A program made the position numbers and the translations under genes. DNA of 64,000 nt from Macrostomum hystrix (lineage: Eukaryota; Animalia; Platyhelminthes): NCBI GenBank assembly GCA_950097015.1, contig CATNEN010000039.1:2728001-2792000 (forward strand), in the 5' to 3' direction. Shown here in pieces: positions 51,847-64,000 of this stretch (its first letter is position 1; the number at the start of each line of letters is the position of its first letter). The notes under the pieces are model-generated. The model was not told the DNA's origin. It made no database searches and was given only the letters and a program-made list of their open reading frames with translations.

Positions 51847-53221
51847 CGTCAGGAAAGCACTGATAGGCCAGCAAGCCAGTAGAATTGTTAGTCACACGGC
51901 CGGTGGGTTGTTTCTGGGCAGCTAAACCAGTTCTCATGTTTTTATAATCGTGATTTGCTATACTTAAGATTTTTTTAATGTTTAGTGCAGTGTCGCGTCC
52001 GCAGCAATGTAATGTACTTTTAGCGCGACAGACCTGCTATTTCCTAGTGTCCCAATATATCGATAAGCTGTCTGACCTCTCTGGTTGACAGCCCGACCTA
52101 CCAAATGATGCTGTCTATGAATCTGTTACTGAAACTGTTTGCTTATTTCCTAGAATCCAAATTTCTCAAATGGAAATCCACTCGATGATCACGTGATGCT
52201 GCTTGGTTTGAACCCCGTTTGATATATACGACTGGCGGCAACAACTGCCATTGTTTTACACTAAATACTATTTCATTGCATTGTTGCACTTTTATTGCCC
52301 GATTTTTTTATATTAGCAGCGTTTCTGTACATTTGGTTTATCTGCTTTAGTTCGATTTGCTCTGAATCATATTATTATTGTTATTATTACTGATTGTAAT
52401 ATCTTTTATGTGTATGTGTATATGTGTAGTCCGCAGTGTTTTCTCAGTAGTTTGTGTAATTTAATAATTTTATTTATTAATCAAGCGCATAGACACATAC
52501 TATACAACTGTCTGTCTCTCTGTCTGGTTTACTGTTTTGCGCAAATTTTATGCAAAAAAAATCGATAAACTAAAACACTCAATTTATCAGTTTAGCCTCT
52601 TAATAAGCCATTGTGACTCGCCAGTGTGAGTCACTGCACAATGTTCGCTCTTTTTTGACTAATTAATTTTGTACTTAAACAGGTTCTAGGTTATATATCA
52701 GATTGTGGAATTACAAATTTTCACATTCTCCTTGAAATCATAGTTTAATCATGGAATTAGGGAAACCCTTATTAGTTTTTTATATCCTATTTTGAGTGTT
52801 CATATTCTATTCTTAGTACTAAAATACCTTTTTGAGTGCTGGAATCCATCTTCGAGTTTTGAAATACGGGATTCATTCTTAAAATATCATTTTAATTAAT
52901 TAAATCCCATTTTGAGCATTGAAATCCCATTTTGAGCATTGAAGTCCCCTTTTGAGTAGTGAAATCCCATTTCGAGTAGTGATATCCCATGTTGGTCGTA
53001 AAGTCACATTTTAGATCCTGAAATTACCTTTAACGTAATCCCAGCTACCTATTTTAAATATAATTTTTCATACCTGTAATTTTTTGTTCCCAGCTGGCTC
53101 CACCGCCGCATCGCAGCGCAGCCTCTGGTCCGGTCTGCCCGCCCTCTCCAGCGGCGATCAATATTCTAGGCTTGACTGCGGCATTTAGTTTATCCAAGCA
53201 CACTTTTGAGAGTCCGGCCTA

Positions 53222-56200
53222 ATGGAGTCTCGCCTCAAGAAACTGGTTGTTGCCCGCTCTAGGCGGCACACGGTTGTCAAGCCCTCCAGCGGCAGCCGGG
53301 TCGACGATGGTGCCGGCGACCCCGACGGCGGTGGAGGCGGCGGCGGCAGCTCAGCGATGGACAGCGGCTGCTCAGGGTGAGACACTGCTCTTATGTTGGT
53401 CACTCAATTAATTCAGCCACTGACCCATCAGGTGACCCACCTGTGACCCAGCCACAGACCCACCACTAAACCACATTTGACCCAGCCACTGACCCACCAG
53501 GTGACCTACCTGTGACCCAACACCTACCCACCTGTGGCCCACCACTGACCCACCTGTGACCCACCACTAACCGACCTGTGACCCAGCCACTGACTCACCT
53601 GTGACCCACCACTAACCCACCTGTGACCCAGCCACTGACTCACCTGTGACCCACCACTGACCCACCTGTGACCCACCACTAACCGACCTGTGACCCAGCC
53701 ACTGACTCACCTGTGACCCACCACTAACCCACCTGTGACCCAGCCACTAACCCACCTGTGACACACCCAGTGACCCAGTCACTGACCCACCCAGTGTCTT
53801 ATTGTCGATTCGATCAGCCGTGAGCAAGCCAAATTACTCGATTCCGATCGCTGATTGCTTCAACTCTTCAGCGTTCCGAATAACCGCATGAGCAAATCCA
53901 GCTGCGATCTGAGTGACCTTTCTAAATCCAAGTACAAGGGCACGGCCTCCAGTGGCGGCGGCGACGGCGGCGGCAGCAGCGGCGGTGGCAGGACTGGCGG
54001 CGCTAAAGTTCGCAGCTCATCGCGCGGAAGACTTTTTGTTAGTGCTGAAATTCGATTAGTGAATGCATAATTCACTTGACTCACCAATCACTTGGCTCAC
54101 CACTCACTTGACTCACCAGTCACTTGACTCACCAGTCACTTGACTCACCAGTCACTTGACTCACCAGTCACTTGACTCACCAGTCACTTGACTCACCAGT
54201 CACTTGACTCACCAGTCACTTGACTCACCAGTCACTTGACTCACTAGTCACTTGACTCACCTCTTCTCTTTACTCACCAGTCACTTGACTCACCAGTCAC
54301 TTGACTCACCAGTCACTTGACTCACCTCTTCTCTTTACTCACCAGTCACTTGACTCACCAGTCACTTGACTCACCAGTCACTTGACTCACCAGTCACTTG
54401 ACTCACCAGTCACTTGACTCACCATTCTATAGGCCCAAAGGCATCCGAGTGCCTGACTATCAAGACCGTTCTTGTCGCTAGTGTTCGGTTTCTGCAATTT
54501 TCTGCAACTTTTTGCAATCTACAATTCCCCTCGCAGAGTTTCGGCAAGTCTTTTCTGTCTGGCTCGCACTCTTCGGCAGCTCTCACTGCGTCCAACTCGC
54601 AGAGTGGCAGCAACAATGCCACTAACCATAGTAGTTGCACCGATAATGGTGGCTCGCATTCGCGCAAACGAAGCGGAGTTTCACCTGTGGACTCGCGCCA
54701 GCCGTCATCGGCTGCCCCTTCAGCCACCGTCGGTGCAGTAGGCGACACCGCGGCCGGCGGCGCAGCGGTTTCAACTGGCAGCGGAGGTCGCCGAAGCTCT
54801 AGCGGCGGTGGCGGCAACCCGTCGCCTCCATTCGAAGTGCCGCAGGACGCGAGCAGGCGGCTGGCGAAGGCCATGCGGGTGAAGCTGTACCTGCTACAGC
54901 AGCCCGGCCCCAACTCATTCCTAGTTGGCGATGACAACCTGGCTAGCAAGTACCGCGTCATCATCGGCCCGCAGACCTGCTCCTGCGGCAGGGGGCCTCC
55001 CAACTGCGTGCACATCCTGTTTGTCATGCTGCGCGTCTTCAAGCTGAAGCAGAACGACCCCCTGGTCTGGTCGCGAGATCTCAAGAACTACGAAGTCGAG
55101 GGCCTGTTTCAGAACTATCACGACCGGGAGAAGGCCAAATGCAAGAAGCGGCCGAGCTTTCGAGACAGCCGGTCCACCACCGCCTCAGTGGATGAGGTTG
55201 TGCATAAGGACGAGTGGTAAGTGAGGCTTTCAGTGCCTTGCCGATCTGAGCACAGCAGCCTGTACCCAATCATCTGCTTTGGATTGCAGCTTCATCGAAG
55301 ACGAGGATCAGAACACGTGCTCCATCTGCCTGCTGGAGATGACCGTGTCCGACAGTCTGGTGCAGTGCCAGTTCGGCTGCCAGAACTACTTCCACCACCA
55401 CTGCCTCATGATCTGTGAGCCTGCGGATCTGCGCCTAATCTAAATCCAATCTGCAGCCAATCTGCAACAAATCTGCACCCAATCTGAAATCACCTAATCT
55501 TCCCCATCTGCAACCAATCTAATATCCCCAAGACGCACTCAATCTAATATCCCCAAGACGCACTCAATCTAATCTCCCCAAGACGCACTCAATATAATCT
55601 CCCCAAGATGCACTCAATCTAATCTCCCCAAGATGCACTCAATCTAATCTTGCCAAGACGCACTCAATCTAATCTCGCCAAGATGCACTCAATCTAATCT
55701 CGCCAATCTGCAACCGCTCTTCTCTAACCAATCTGTACTCAATTGACTACCCAAAATTCGCCCATGCCGCCAGGGTTCGAGGAGCGGAACGCGCACGGCG
55801 ACCCACTGATCTGCCCGCTATGCCGCACACAATGGCCGGCCAATCGCAAGAATTTGTGCGCCGTGTCTGGCGAAATCAACGTAGACTTTGTTGTGGACTC
55901 CTTCTCCGACACCGAGTCCATCCCTGAGTCCCACAAGGAGACTTCCAAGTGCTGGATCTCGGTAGGCTGCTGCATTGTCAATCACTTGTCAATGGATTTT
56001 GAGGCTAGACTAGAAGCCGAGTCAGAACCAACCAGAATCCCACACCCTGAAGTCCACCAGAATCCCACACCCTAAAGTCTACCAGAATCCCACACCCTGA
56101 AGTCAACCAGAATCCCACACCCTGAAGTCTACCAGAATCCCACACCTGAAGTCTACCAGAATCCCACACCCTGAAGTCTACCAGAATCCCACACCTGAAG

Positions 56201-59200
56201 TCTACCAGAATCCCACACCTGAAGTCTACCAGAATCCCACACCCTAAAGTCTACCAGAATCCCACACCTGAAGTCTACCAGATTCCCACGCCCTAAAGTC
56301 TACCAGAATCCCACACCTGAAGTCTACCAGAATCCCACATATGAAGTCTACCAGATTCCCACACCCTAAAGTCTACCAGAATCCCACACCTGAAGTCTAC
56401 CAGAATCCCACACCTGAAGTCTACCAGATTCCCACACCCTAAAGTCTACCAGAATCCCACACCCTGAAGTCTACCAGAATCCCACACCTGAAGTCTACCA
56501 GAATCCCACACCCTGAAGTCTAGCAGAATCCCACACCCTAAAGTCTACCAGAATCCCACACCCTGAATTCTAGCAGAATCCCACATCCTGATGTCTGACA
56601 TCTAGCAGAATCCCACACCCCGATGTCTGACATCTAGCAGAATCCCACACCCTAATATCCAAGGCACCTGACTTTGCCACCCGCAGGTGTTCGGTGACAG
56701 CACGGTGAAGTTTCTGTTCTCTAGCCGGTCCAGCCAGCGCGAGCTGGGCCTGAAGTTCGTCAACGATCTTGTCGTGTCGCGCCTGACGGAGCTCCGAGCA
56801 TCGGACCGACCGCCGGACCCGGACCAGCTGCAGGTGTTCGCTCCCACCATCAGCGTGCTGCTTCACGCCTGCAAGGACGAAGAGTACAAGGTGTTCTACG
56901 CTGCCATGACTCTCATGCGCAACCTGTTCGCTCACCTGCCCTGCAGTCGGCGCTACTACAGCCGCCTGCAGACCAGCGTCCGGCCCCTGGTGGACACTCT
57001 GCTAAACCGCTGCTCCGACAGGCACCAGCGGGTCACCCAGCTGGCCCTGTTCAACCTGGTGGAGCTGGCCAAGAATCACGCCGGCTGTTTGGCTATTGGC
57101 AGCGCATTCAGAGCCAACCCGACAGCTTCCGCGCCCGTGCCCGGCGTTGGCGACGTCGGCGTCGGCGGCGGTGGCGGAGGCGTCTGCGGCGGTATCGGCG
57201 GCTGTCGCGGCGGAAGCGGCCATCCGGGGGTGGGTGTTATCTTACTGCAAACTGCCTAGTTTTTATTGGTGCAAAAATCTGCGCCTTTGGGTTTCGAAAC
57301 AATGGGCTAATCTATTCTCCTCAAAAAACTTCAGGAGCCCGGTCCCTGGGGCGTACTGTTCCTGCTGGAGTGCATCGTGTCAGAGTACTGCCTGTCACGA
57401 GTGTCCTGGCAGTGGCTCCTTGGCCGCCTGCTCCTGCTGGACCGCCTGCTGGACTCGTTCCCCGGCCACTTCACGGTGCACGAGACCTCCTGCCAGGCCC
57501 GCATTCGCCTGTTCGGCATCCTGCGGTTCGCTGTCACCGCCCTGAACTCCCAGCAGCCGCGCATCAGCAAGATGGCCGGCCGCGTGTTTGTGCTGGGCGC
57601 CCGGCAGGTGGCGCATCTCAACGACTGCGCGCTGGAGGCAGAGCGGCTCGTGCGCAGCATCGAGGACGCCAGCGTCCGCCAGAAGATGCTGCGCCGACTG
57701 GAGCTCATTCGCAGCGAGTTCAGCGCCGTCTACAGGTGAGCTGGCCGCCTGTCTGCCTGTCATTGCATCTGTATATCTGCCTGTCTGTCTGTCTGTCAGC
57801 CTGTCTGTCTGTCCAATCAATGCTTGGCCGTTTCTCTCATGGACTCCACAGAGGCAAAGCCAAGCAATATTCTCTTCACTTTCCCCTTTTCAATAGGCAT
57901 ATGAACCATCGCCTGGCCCTGGGCCAGCCGGAGCCAGCCTACGACCTTCCTAGGCCACCCGCCCAGCAACAGCAGCAGCAGCAGCAGCAGCGCCATCATC
58001 GCCACGCCTCATCATCAGATGCTGCGCCGCCGCTGCCTCCACCGCGCACTGTCAGCCGTCAGAATTCATCGAGCGTGCGACCGCAGCCGCCACCACCGCC
58101 GTTTCCGCCGCCGCCACCGCCGCCATCGCAGCCAACTGCGTTAGCTCAGCAGCAGCAGCAGCAGCAGCAGCTTCCGGCACTTCCGCCGCAGAGACCTTCA
58201 ACGGCGCCGGTTGGTTCAGGCGGCAGTGCGATGATAGACGATACCTCGTCGGAAGCCGACCAGCAGCAGCGGGGCGCCGATGTCGACGCGGAAGGCGCCG
58301 AGGTAGAGGAAGATTTGATCTCCTTCAGCGTGCAAGTCTGCCGGCACTTCACCAATCAGGACTACACTCCGGAGATTTTCTGCGCCAAGTCCGGCGGCCG
58401 GCGGCAAACTGAACGACGCCAGCAGCTCATGCAGCAGCAGCAGCAGCAGACACCGCCGCCCCAACCGCTCCCAGATCCCGAGCCGTCACCAACGCCGTCC
58501 TCGTCGACCTGCGGCGGCGGCGGGGGTGGCGGCAGCGTCGATCACGTGGTCAGTTCGCACCATCATCACCACCAGTCAGACACCAACAGCTGGCTGTACG
58601 GCTGGAGCGAGGAGCTGCCAGTCATCCCGGGCCTGACCCCATCGCCGCATCTGGTCACGAAGACGGCCTACTCGGAGGGCGAGCACTGGGTTCGCGGCGC
58701 CCAGATTGGCATCGGCGCATTTTCAACCTGCTATCAGGCGCGCGACAAGCGCACAGGCGTCCTCATGGCCGTCAAGGAGGTCTCCCTGGTGCGCAGCTGC
58801 GACCAGGAGCAGCGAGACGTCATCGAAGCTGTTCAGGAGGAGGTGGAACTCATGACCCGACTGCGCCACCCGAACCTGGTGCGCATTCTGGGCGCCTCCC
58901 GGACCAGGGATCGATTCTGCCTGTTCGTGGAGTGGATGCCCGGCGGCTCGGTATCCGCCCTGCTCAACCGGTTCGGCCCTTTTAGCGAGCCGGTGATTTC
59001 TTCCTACATTCAGCAGGCGAGTTGCTGTTGCTAGGGTACTTTTTTACCCTAGCAACGGGAATTATTTTTCTTACTGCTATTTTACCGTAACTCGTCAGTT
59101 ATTTTTATTGTTCTTCCTTTGCTAAAGAGCCAACACACTGTTGCTTAGGTACTTTTTACCCTAGCAATGGGACTACTGTTATAGAAGCTTTTATCGTTGC

Positions 59201-59896
59201 TAGGGAAGGTTTTTTGTAGCTACGGATTAAAGTTACCTAGCAACCGTATATTTAACTGGTCCCGTTTTTATCGCTCCGTGCTATGTGTGCGGTTGCTAGA
59301 GCACTTTTTTCTAGATGCATCGATTATTTTACGCCGTTGCTAGGCAAATTTTATCTGTTGCTATGCGCCAAATTTCTCAGGTGTTGCGCGGCCTAGCTTA
59401 CCTGCACAACCAGCAGATCCTGCATCGCGACCTGAAGGGCGCCAACCTGCTCGTAAGCAGCAGCGGCCGGCAGGTTCGCATCGCGGACTTCGGCGCCGCC
59501 GGTCGCCTGGCCAGCCACATGACCGGCGCCGGCGAGTTCAAAGGCCAGCTGCTCGGCACCATCGCCTTCATGGCCCCGGAGGTGCTGCGCGGCGAGAACT
59601 ATGGCCGCAGCTGCGACATCTGGTCCGTTGGCTGCGTCATCATCGAGATGGTGACCACTAAGCCCCCCTGGGACATGCCGGATCTCAGCAATCACCTGGC
59701 TCTGATTTACCTGATCGCCAGCGCCAGCGGACCGCCACCCCTGCCAGACAATCTGCACCCCGGCCTGCGCGATGTGCTGCTCCGCTGCGTTGATCCCAAA
59801 CCGTTTAATCGACCATCGGCCAAGGAGCTGCTGCAGCATCCGCTGTTTACTCACTACCCGGCCATCACCGCCAGGCCCGAGGGACGAAGGGTTTGA
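53222..59896 (+). CDS. MAP3K1: MAP3K1/MEKK1 (SWIM-RING-TOG/ARM-kinase)
   Basis: Exons 53222-53376, 53872-54037 (donor could instead be 54007), 54537-55216, 55290-55414, 55774-55961, 56687-57229, 57335-57735, 57897-59016, 59381-59896. [42 protein letters not shown]; [29 protein letters not shown]; kinase [54 protein letters not shown]. The first two exons are the least certain. Confidence 0.93.
53415..53795. repeat. Degenerate about 20-bp tandem repeat in MAP3K1 intron 1
   Basis: ccactgacccacctgtgacc variants. Confidence 0.88.
54070..54423. repeat. 16-bp minisatellite in MAP3K1 intron 2
   Basis: Unit cagtcacttgactcac. Confidence 0.94.
55505..55715. repeat. 25-bp minisatellite in MAP3K1 intron 4
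   Basis: Unit caagacgcactcaatctaatctccc. Confidence 0.9.
56030..56655. repeat. 24/25-bp minisatellite in MAP3K1 intron 5
   Basis: Unit accagaatcccacaccctgaagtct. Confidence 0.95.
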
Positions 59897-61811
59897 GTCA
59901 TGCACTTTATGGCTTGTGGATAGCCGAGTGTTTGATACTTATTGCGTACACTGGATGTATGCTGTGCAGTTTTTACGGATAGGTGCTCAACATTTTACCG
60001 CTTGTAGCGACTTATTCTACCTGTACTTTGAAGGTCTAGTCGATATTTGTGGATTCAAACTTGGGACCACCTCGTATCTCAAGACGTAATAAACAGCTAA
60101 AATTTCTTTGCCGAGACTAAATTAAGTGACAATTTTGCTAAATACACTACTCACCGCGCGTTCTAGTCAGTAGGCAGCAATGAGCATGCAGCTAGCATTC
60201 ATGCATGGGTTGTAATACTTTTACCAGATGCTGTATCCATCACCAGTCAGTTTCTTGTCTAATCTCAGCTGACCCAAATCCATGCTCAGCTGCTGCCTCT
60301 CAATGGGTGTGCTAGCACTTCACTCCGACCGCGTTTTTGGAGTTCGGTCGTTTCGACAGCTTTTTGTGTGTTTTTATCAGTTTTTTGTTTATTTGTTCTT
60401 CTAAAGAAAAGTACAGTTTTTTCTAACGCAATCCAATTTTTCATTTTTTTATCTGTTGTTAGTTTTTAAGCTCTGTCGCATTTTTGCGATTTAAATTCAC
60501 TTTTTATTACTCATAATCACATTGACCTAATATTTGTGCTTCTTTATATCATGTTTACTTTGTGTTTTGTATTAGTTATTTATACTTCAGCCATACGCAG
60601 CTTCTTCTAATGATTTTGATTTGTTAATATATTCGCCATATCTATGTTCACTTTATACAGTACTCACAAAAACTGCTATCACTTTGTACTACTATTAGTA
60701 GCAAGCTGCGATGCTTGCCGTTATCCACCTCTTTGATGAATTTCTTGAGTCTTTTTTAGCAACTGGACTATTTCCAGATATTTGTACCAGTATATCTGCG
60801 AATAGGTGTACTTTTATCTGTTTTACGAAGCTCTTAACTAAAACGCATTGTGAATGAGATTCATTGATTATTAAGAGAGATGTCGTTAATTGATAACTAA
60901 TACAGAACTTTGATCGCTAAAATTGCTCTCTTTCACGTGAATTGTACACATCGCATCGGTTGATTGATTGTGCCCCCTAGCGTGTACTTTTATTCGCGAG
61001 TTGTACTTTCAAACAATTTTGGATTTTTTGTTTCCCAGTGAGACTGCGGTGCAATCCATTGTCCAGGCCTCACTAATTTGCTAGCCGTCTTCATTTCTAG
61101 TCCTGTTTTTTTAGTTTCCTGGCTGCCTTTTTTGACACTAGACTGATAATAACACAAATGTACTTTAATACTACTGGCTGTACATTAGTAGTGTGCTGAG
61201 CGACTGGAATCTTCAGTTTGACTGTTTTCTATTTCATCAATTTGTTGTCGCCTTTCGGTGCCGCTTGGAAAATCTTGTCCCATTGACTTGCTTTTGGCTT
61301 CATTGAGCAACCGTTTTCCCAATTTACCAATAAAGGCCAACTTCCGCTCTGTTTTTGTACATTTTTGTTTACAATTTTCTTTTTTTAACAAGTTAAACAA
61401 TGTCGACTGCCTGCTCTCCGATTTACTCCAGTGACTCTGGGTGCGCCAGCCATTTCGATAATTAATTTGTAAAGCACCTTTTTATTCGTGGCTACTACTT
61501 ATAGTAGCTTCATTTGTACATGTTTGAACTCATTCTCAACTTGCATCCGTGCGCTTATATTTATACTCCAGTCTTTTGCCAGTTTTGGCACCTAATCATT
61601 TATAACAAATCAGTTATTGACTCAAATATCATGCTCAAAGATGCTAGGCGCAAGCCGGGCCTAGGTGAGACCAGCTGCTGCTGCTGCTGCTGGCTCCACT
61701 CTTACCCGCCTGCCCTGCTCAACTCAACTCAAAAGATAATTCTCTAAAGCTGTTGTTATGCTGACTTGAATTATTCACTTTTTCAGTGGCTTTTTTCCGT
61801 GCTTTTTATCA

Positions 61812-61812
<1 letters not shown>

Positions 61813-61848
<36 letters not shown>

Positions 61849-61861
61849 GTCTGTCTGTCTC

Positions 61862-61956
<95 letters not shown>

Positions 61957-61977
61957 GTCTGTCTGTCTGTCTGTCTC

Positions 61978-62016
<39 letters not shown>

Positions 62017-62177
62017 GTCTGTCTGTCTGTATGTCTGTCTGTCTCTCTGTCTGTCTGTCTGTCTGTCTCTCTGTCTGTCTGTCTGTCTGTCTGTCTGTAT
62101 GTCTGTCTGTCTCTCTGCCTGTCTCTCTGCCTGTCTGTCTGTATGTCTGTCTGTCTGTCTGTATGTCTGTCTGTCTC

Positions 62178-62222
<45 letters not shown>

Positions 62223-62310
62223 ATGTCTGTCTGTCTGTGCTGGGTGTCTGTCTGTCTCTCTGCCTGTCTGTCTGTGCTGGGTGTCTGGGTGTCTGTCTGT
62301 ATGGCTGTCT
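61813..62310. repeat. (TGTC)n microsatellite
   Basis: Direct inspection. Confidence 0.96.
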
Positions 62311-63169
62311 CTCTTTCCTATACAGTCTAGTGGCAGGCTCATCTTACCTCGCAGGTGTAAGAAGTCCTTGATTAATGTCTGCCTTTTTGCCAGTGTGAAA
62401 TCCGTGACCTGCAAAGTCCCTTAACTGGGGATCTATAAACTGGGAGAAATCTGGAAGCTGTTGATCGCCAACAGGTTAGAAGTAGAGCGGTCTCGTTTTC
62501 GTCAGGTTATTAATAAGATTCGCAGGTGTGAAGTTTCGGTTCGTTGGTGGTGCATTTGCCTCGCGCTGAAGGCTGCTGATGCTGATGGTCGAAATTTCAT
62601 GTAGGTGCCAGTTTATGCAGCTACTGTTAGTAGTGCGTAGCGGCACTAGTAGAAATGCTATCTGAGGCCAGATCCAGTCAGAAGCTTGATTTACGCAAGT
62701 CCTGCCCGCTTCGTTATTGACTTACCCATCAATTGTTGGCATTTTTGGGCTGCAGAATGCGAACGGCCTAATAAGGGATTGAGGGGAACGCGGGGGATGG
62801 GTTTAGTTTTCAGTTGCGCGCACTCTTAGACTCTCCAACCAACGGTGAAAACCGTTTTTACTATATAAACTGTTTGCACTGCTACCCTGTTTGGAGATTA
62901 AGATGTTATATGGCTGACCCTACCTGTTAGATAGGTACCTACCTGTTAGACAAACACATACCTATTAGACGTGTATATATGCCTACCTACAGACAGATAA
63001 TAATTCGATAGATCAAGTGTCTTGCTCCAGCTCACAAATTGCTTTTAATTTTATGGGCCCGAATTCGAACTTCTGACCTGTCAGTCAGACGTCACTGGAA
63101 GGACTGGAGGGAGGAATCTCATGGACAAAAACAATTATACTCGTATTTATTATGGGTGGTGGGGCCGCT

Positions 63170-63290
63170 GTGCCTTTGCGCAGTATCTGTGTGCGTGTGT
63201 GCTTATAGGAGTCTCGCTGGCTGCGGGTCTATAGTGTCACCAAATGATGTGCCATTGCCCGCAGCCCTCCTGCAATTTTTATTTTTTAAT
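63170..63290 (+). mobile_element. SINE 3' fragment (same family)
   Basis: cagtatctgtgtgcgtgtgtgct...ctcgctggctgcgggtctatagtgtcaccaaatgatgtgccattgcccgcagccc followed by a T-rich tail. Confidence 0.7.
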
Positions 63291-63355
63291 TGTCATGACG
63301 CCAACAACATTCTTTATTTGAAATGAAGCACACTTTTTGCGGGCACTAAATTACC

Positions 63356-63480
63356 TGTGCCCTAAATAGTGCCCTAAATGCCCTAAATAGTGCCCTAAAT
63401 GCCCTAAATAGTGCCCTAAATGCCCTAAATAGTGCCCTAAATGCCCTAAATAGTGCCCTAAATGCCCTAAATAGTGCCCA
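63356..63480. repeat. 21-bp tandem repeat
   Basis: Unit tgccctaaatagtgccctaaa. Confidence 0.92.
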
Positions 63481-63668
63481 AAAAGCGTGCCTTATCTTCG
63501 CATACATGTAGCTGTCTACGGGCATTCAAGCCCATCTCGTCACTGCGATTTTTTGTTCTGAGCTAGCTAGTTAGTACCATAGACATGCCTTTCAAGAGCA
63601 TGCTTTCTCAGCTTGGGACGGGCAATCTCGCCCCAAGTGCTCGTCCCGAGTTTACTTGGCGATCGTTC

Positions 63669-63940
63669 ATGTCGCGTTTGGCTGTCCAGGAGGCCGTCGC
63701 AGCGGCTAGAGGCGACTGCATCAGCGGTCAGAAGCAGCAGCAGGATGTCTTCGAGTACGACTCGCCAGCCGACACCTGCGACTCCTTCGATGACAACTCG
63801 CTGAGCCAGGCAGCCGCGGCCGACACCGCAGGCCAGAAAGTTAGGAAGCGGATTCGCCAGATGTACAAGTCGTTTCGGCGACGGGGCAACGAACAACCCG
63901 AGGAGAAGCGCAACGCTACTCAGGTGGAAACTCTTGCCAG
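63669..63940 (+). CDS. Probable first coding exon of an unidentified gene that continues beyond the window
   Basis: Acceptor ttctcag at 63611. ATG 63669 opens MSRLAVQEAVAAARGDC...KVRKRIRQMYKSFRRRGNEQPEEKRNATQVETLA with exon-like composition; candidate donor ag|gt at 63940/63941 is followed by a tandem repeat. Confidence 0.55.
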
Positions 63941-64000
63941 GTGTTTCAGCAATTATCTGATCCCATTCCTATCTGATCCCATTCCTATCTGGTCCCATTC

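Overview
Eukaryotic (animal) genomic DNA, intron-rich and packed with minisatellites. The style (GC-rich exons with polyQ/polyA/polyG tracts, short 70-110 nt introns alternating with introns filled by a private tandem repeat) suggests a flatworm such as Macrostomum; this is an inference, not a database result. I assembled seven spliced genes by hand: a secreted PAN/apple + fibrinogen-domain protein (-), prospero/Prox (+), PAF-acetylhydrolase Ib alpha (-), endonuclease V (-), NOP2 (+), ZMYND11/BS69 (+) and MAP3K1/MEKK1 (+). The first coding exon of an eighth gene sits at the right edge. Mobile DNA includes two TIR elements with intact target-site duplications (one carries a PHD-finger ORF and is nested in a dead hAT transposase), two LINE remnants, a tRNA-derived SINE family (at least 6 copies), several tRNA-like heads and more than 25 tandem arrays. 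Main observation: the adjacent co-oriented ENDOV and PAFAH1B genes both lack a genomic ATG. Each begins at a phase-0 splice acceptor followed by GCN, with an in-frame stop just upstream. This fits an operon whose initiator Met comes from the AUG-ending flatworm spliced leader. The divergent NOP2-ZMYND11-MAP3K1 cluster looks like a second operon whose genes keep their own ATG. Also notable: PAFAH1B lacks its catalytic Ser and His, two introns appear to be GC-AG, and prospero has an eh1-like N-terminal motif.
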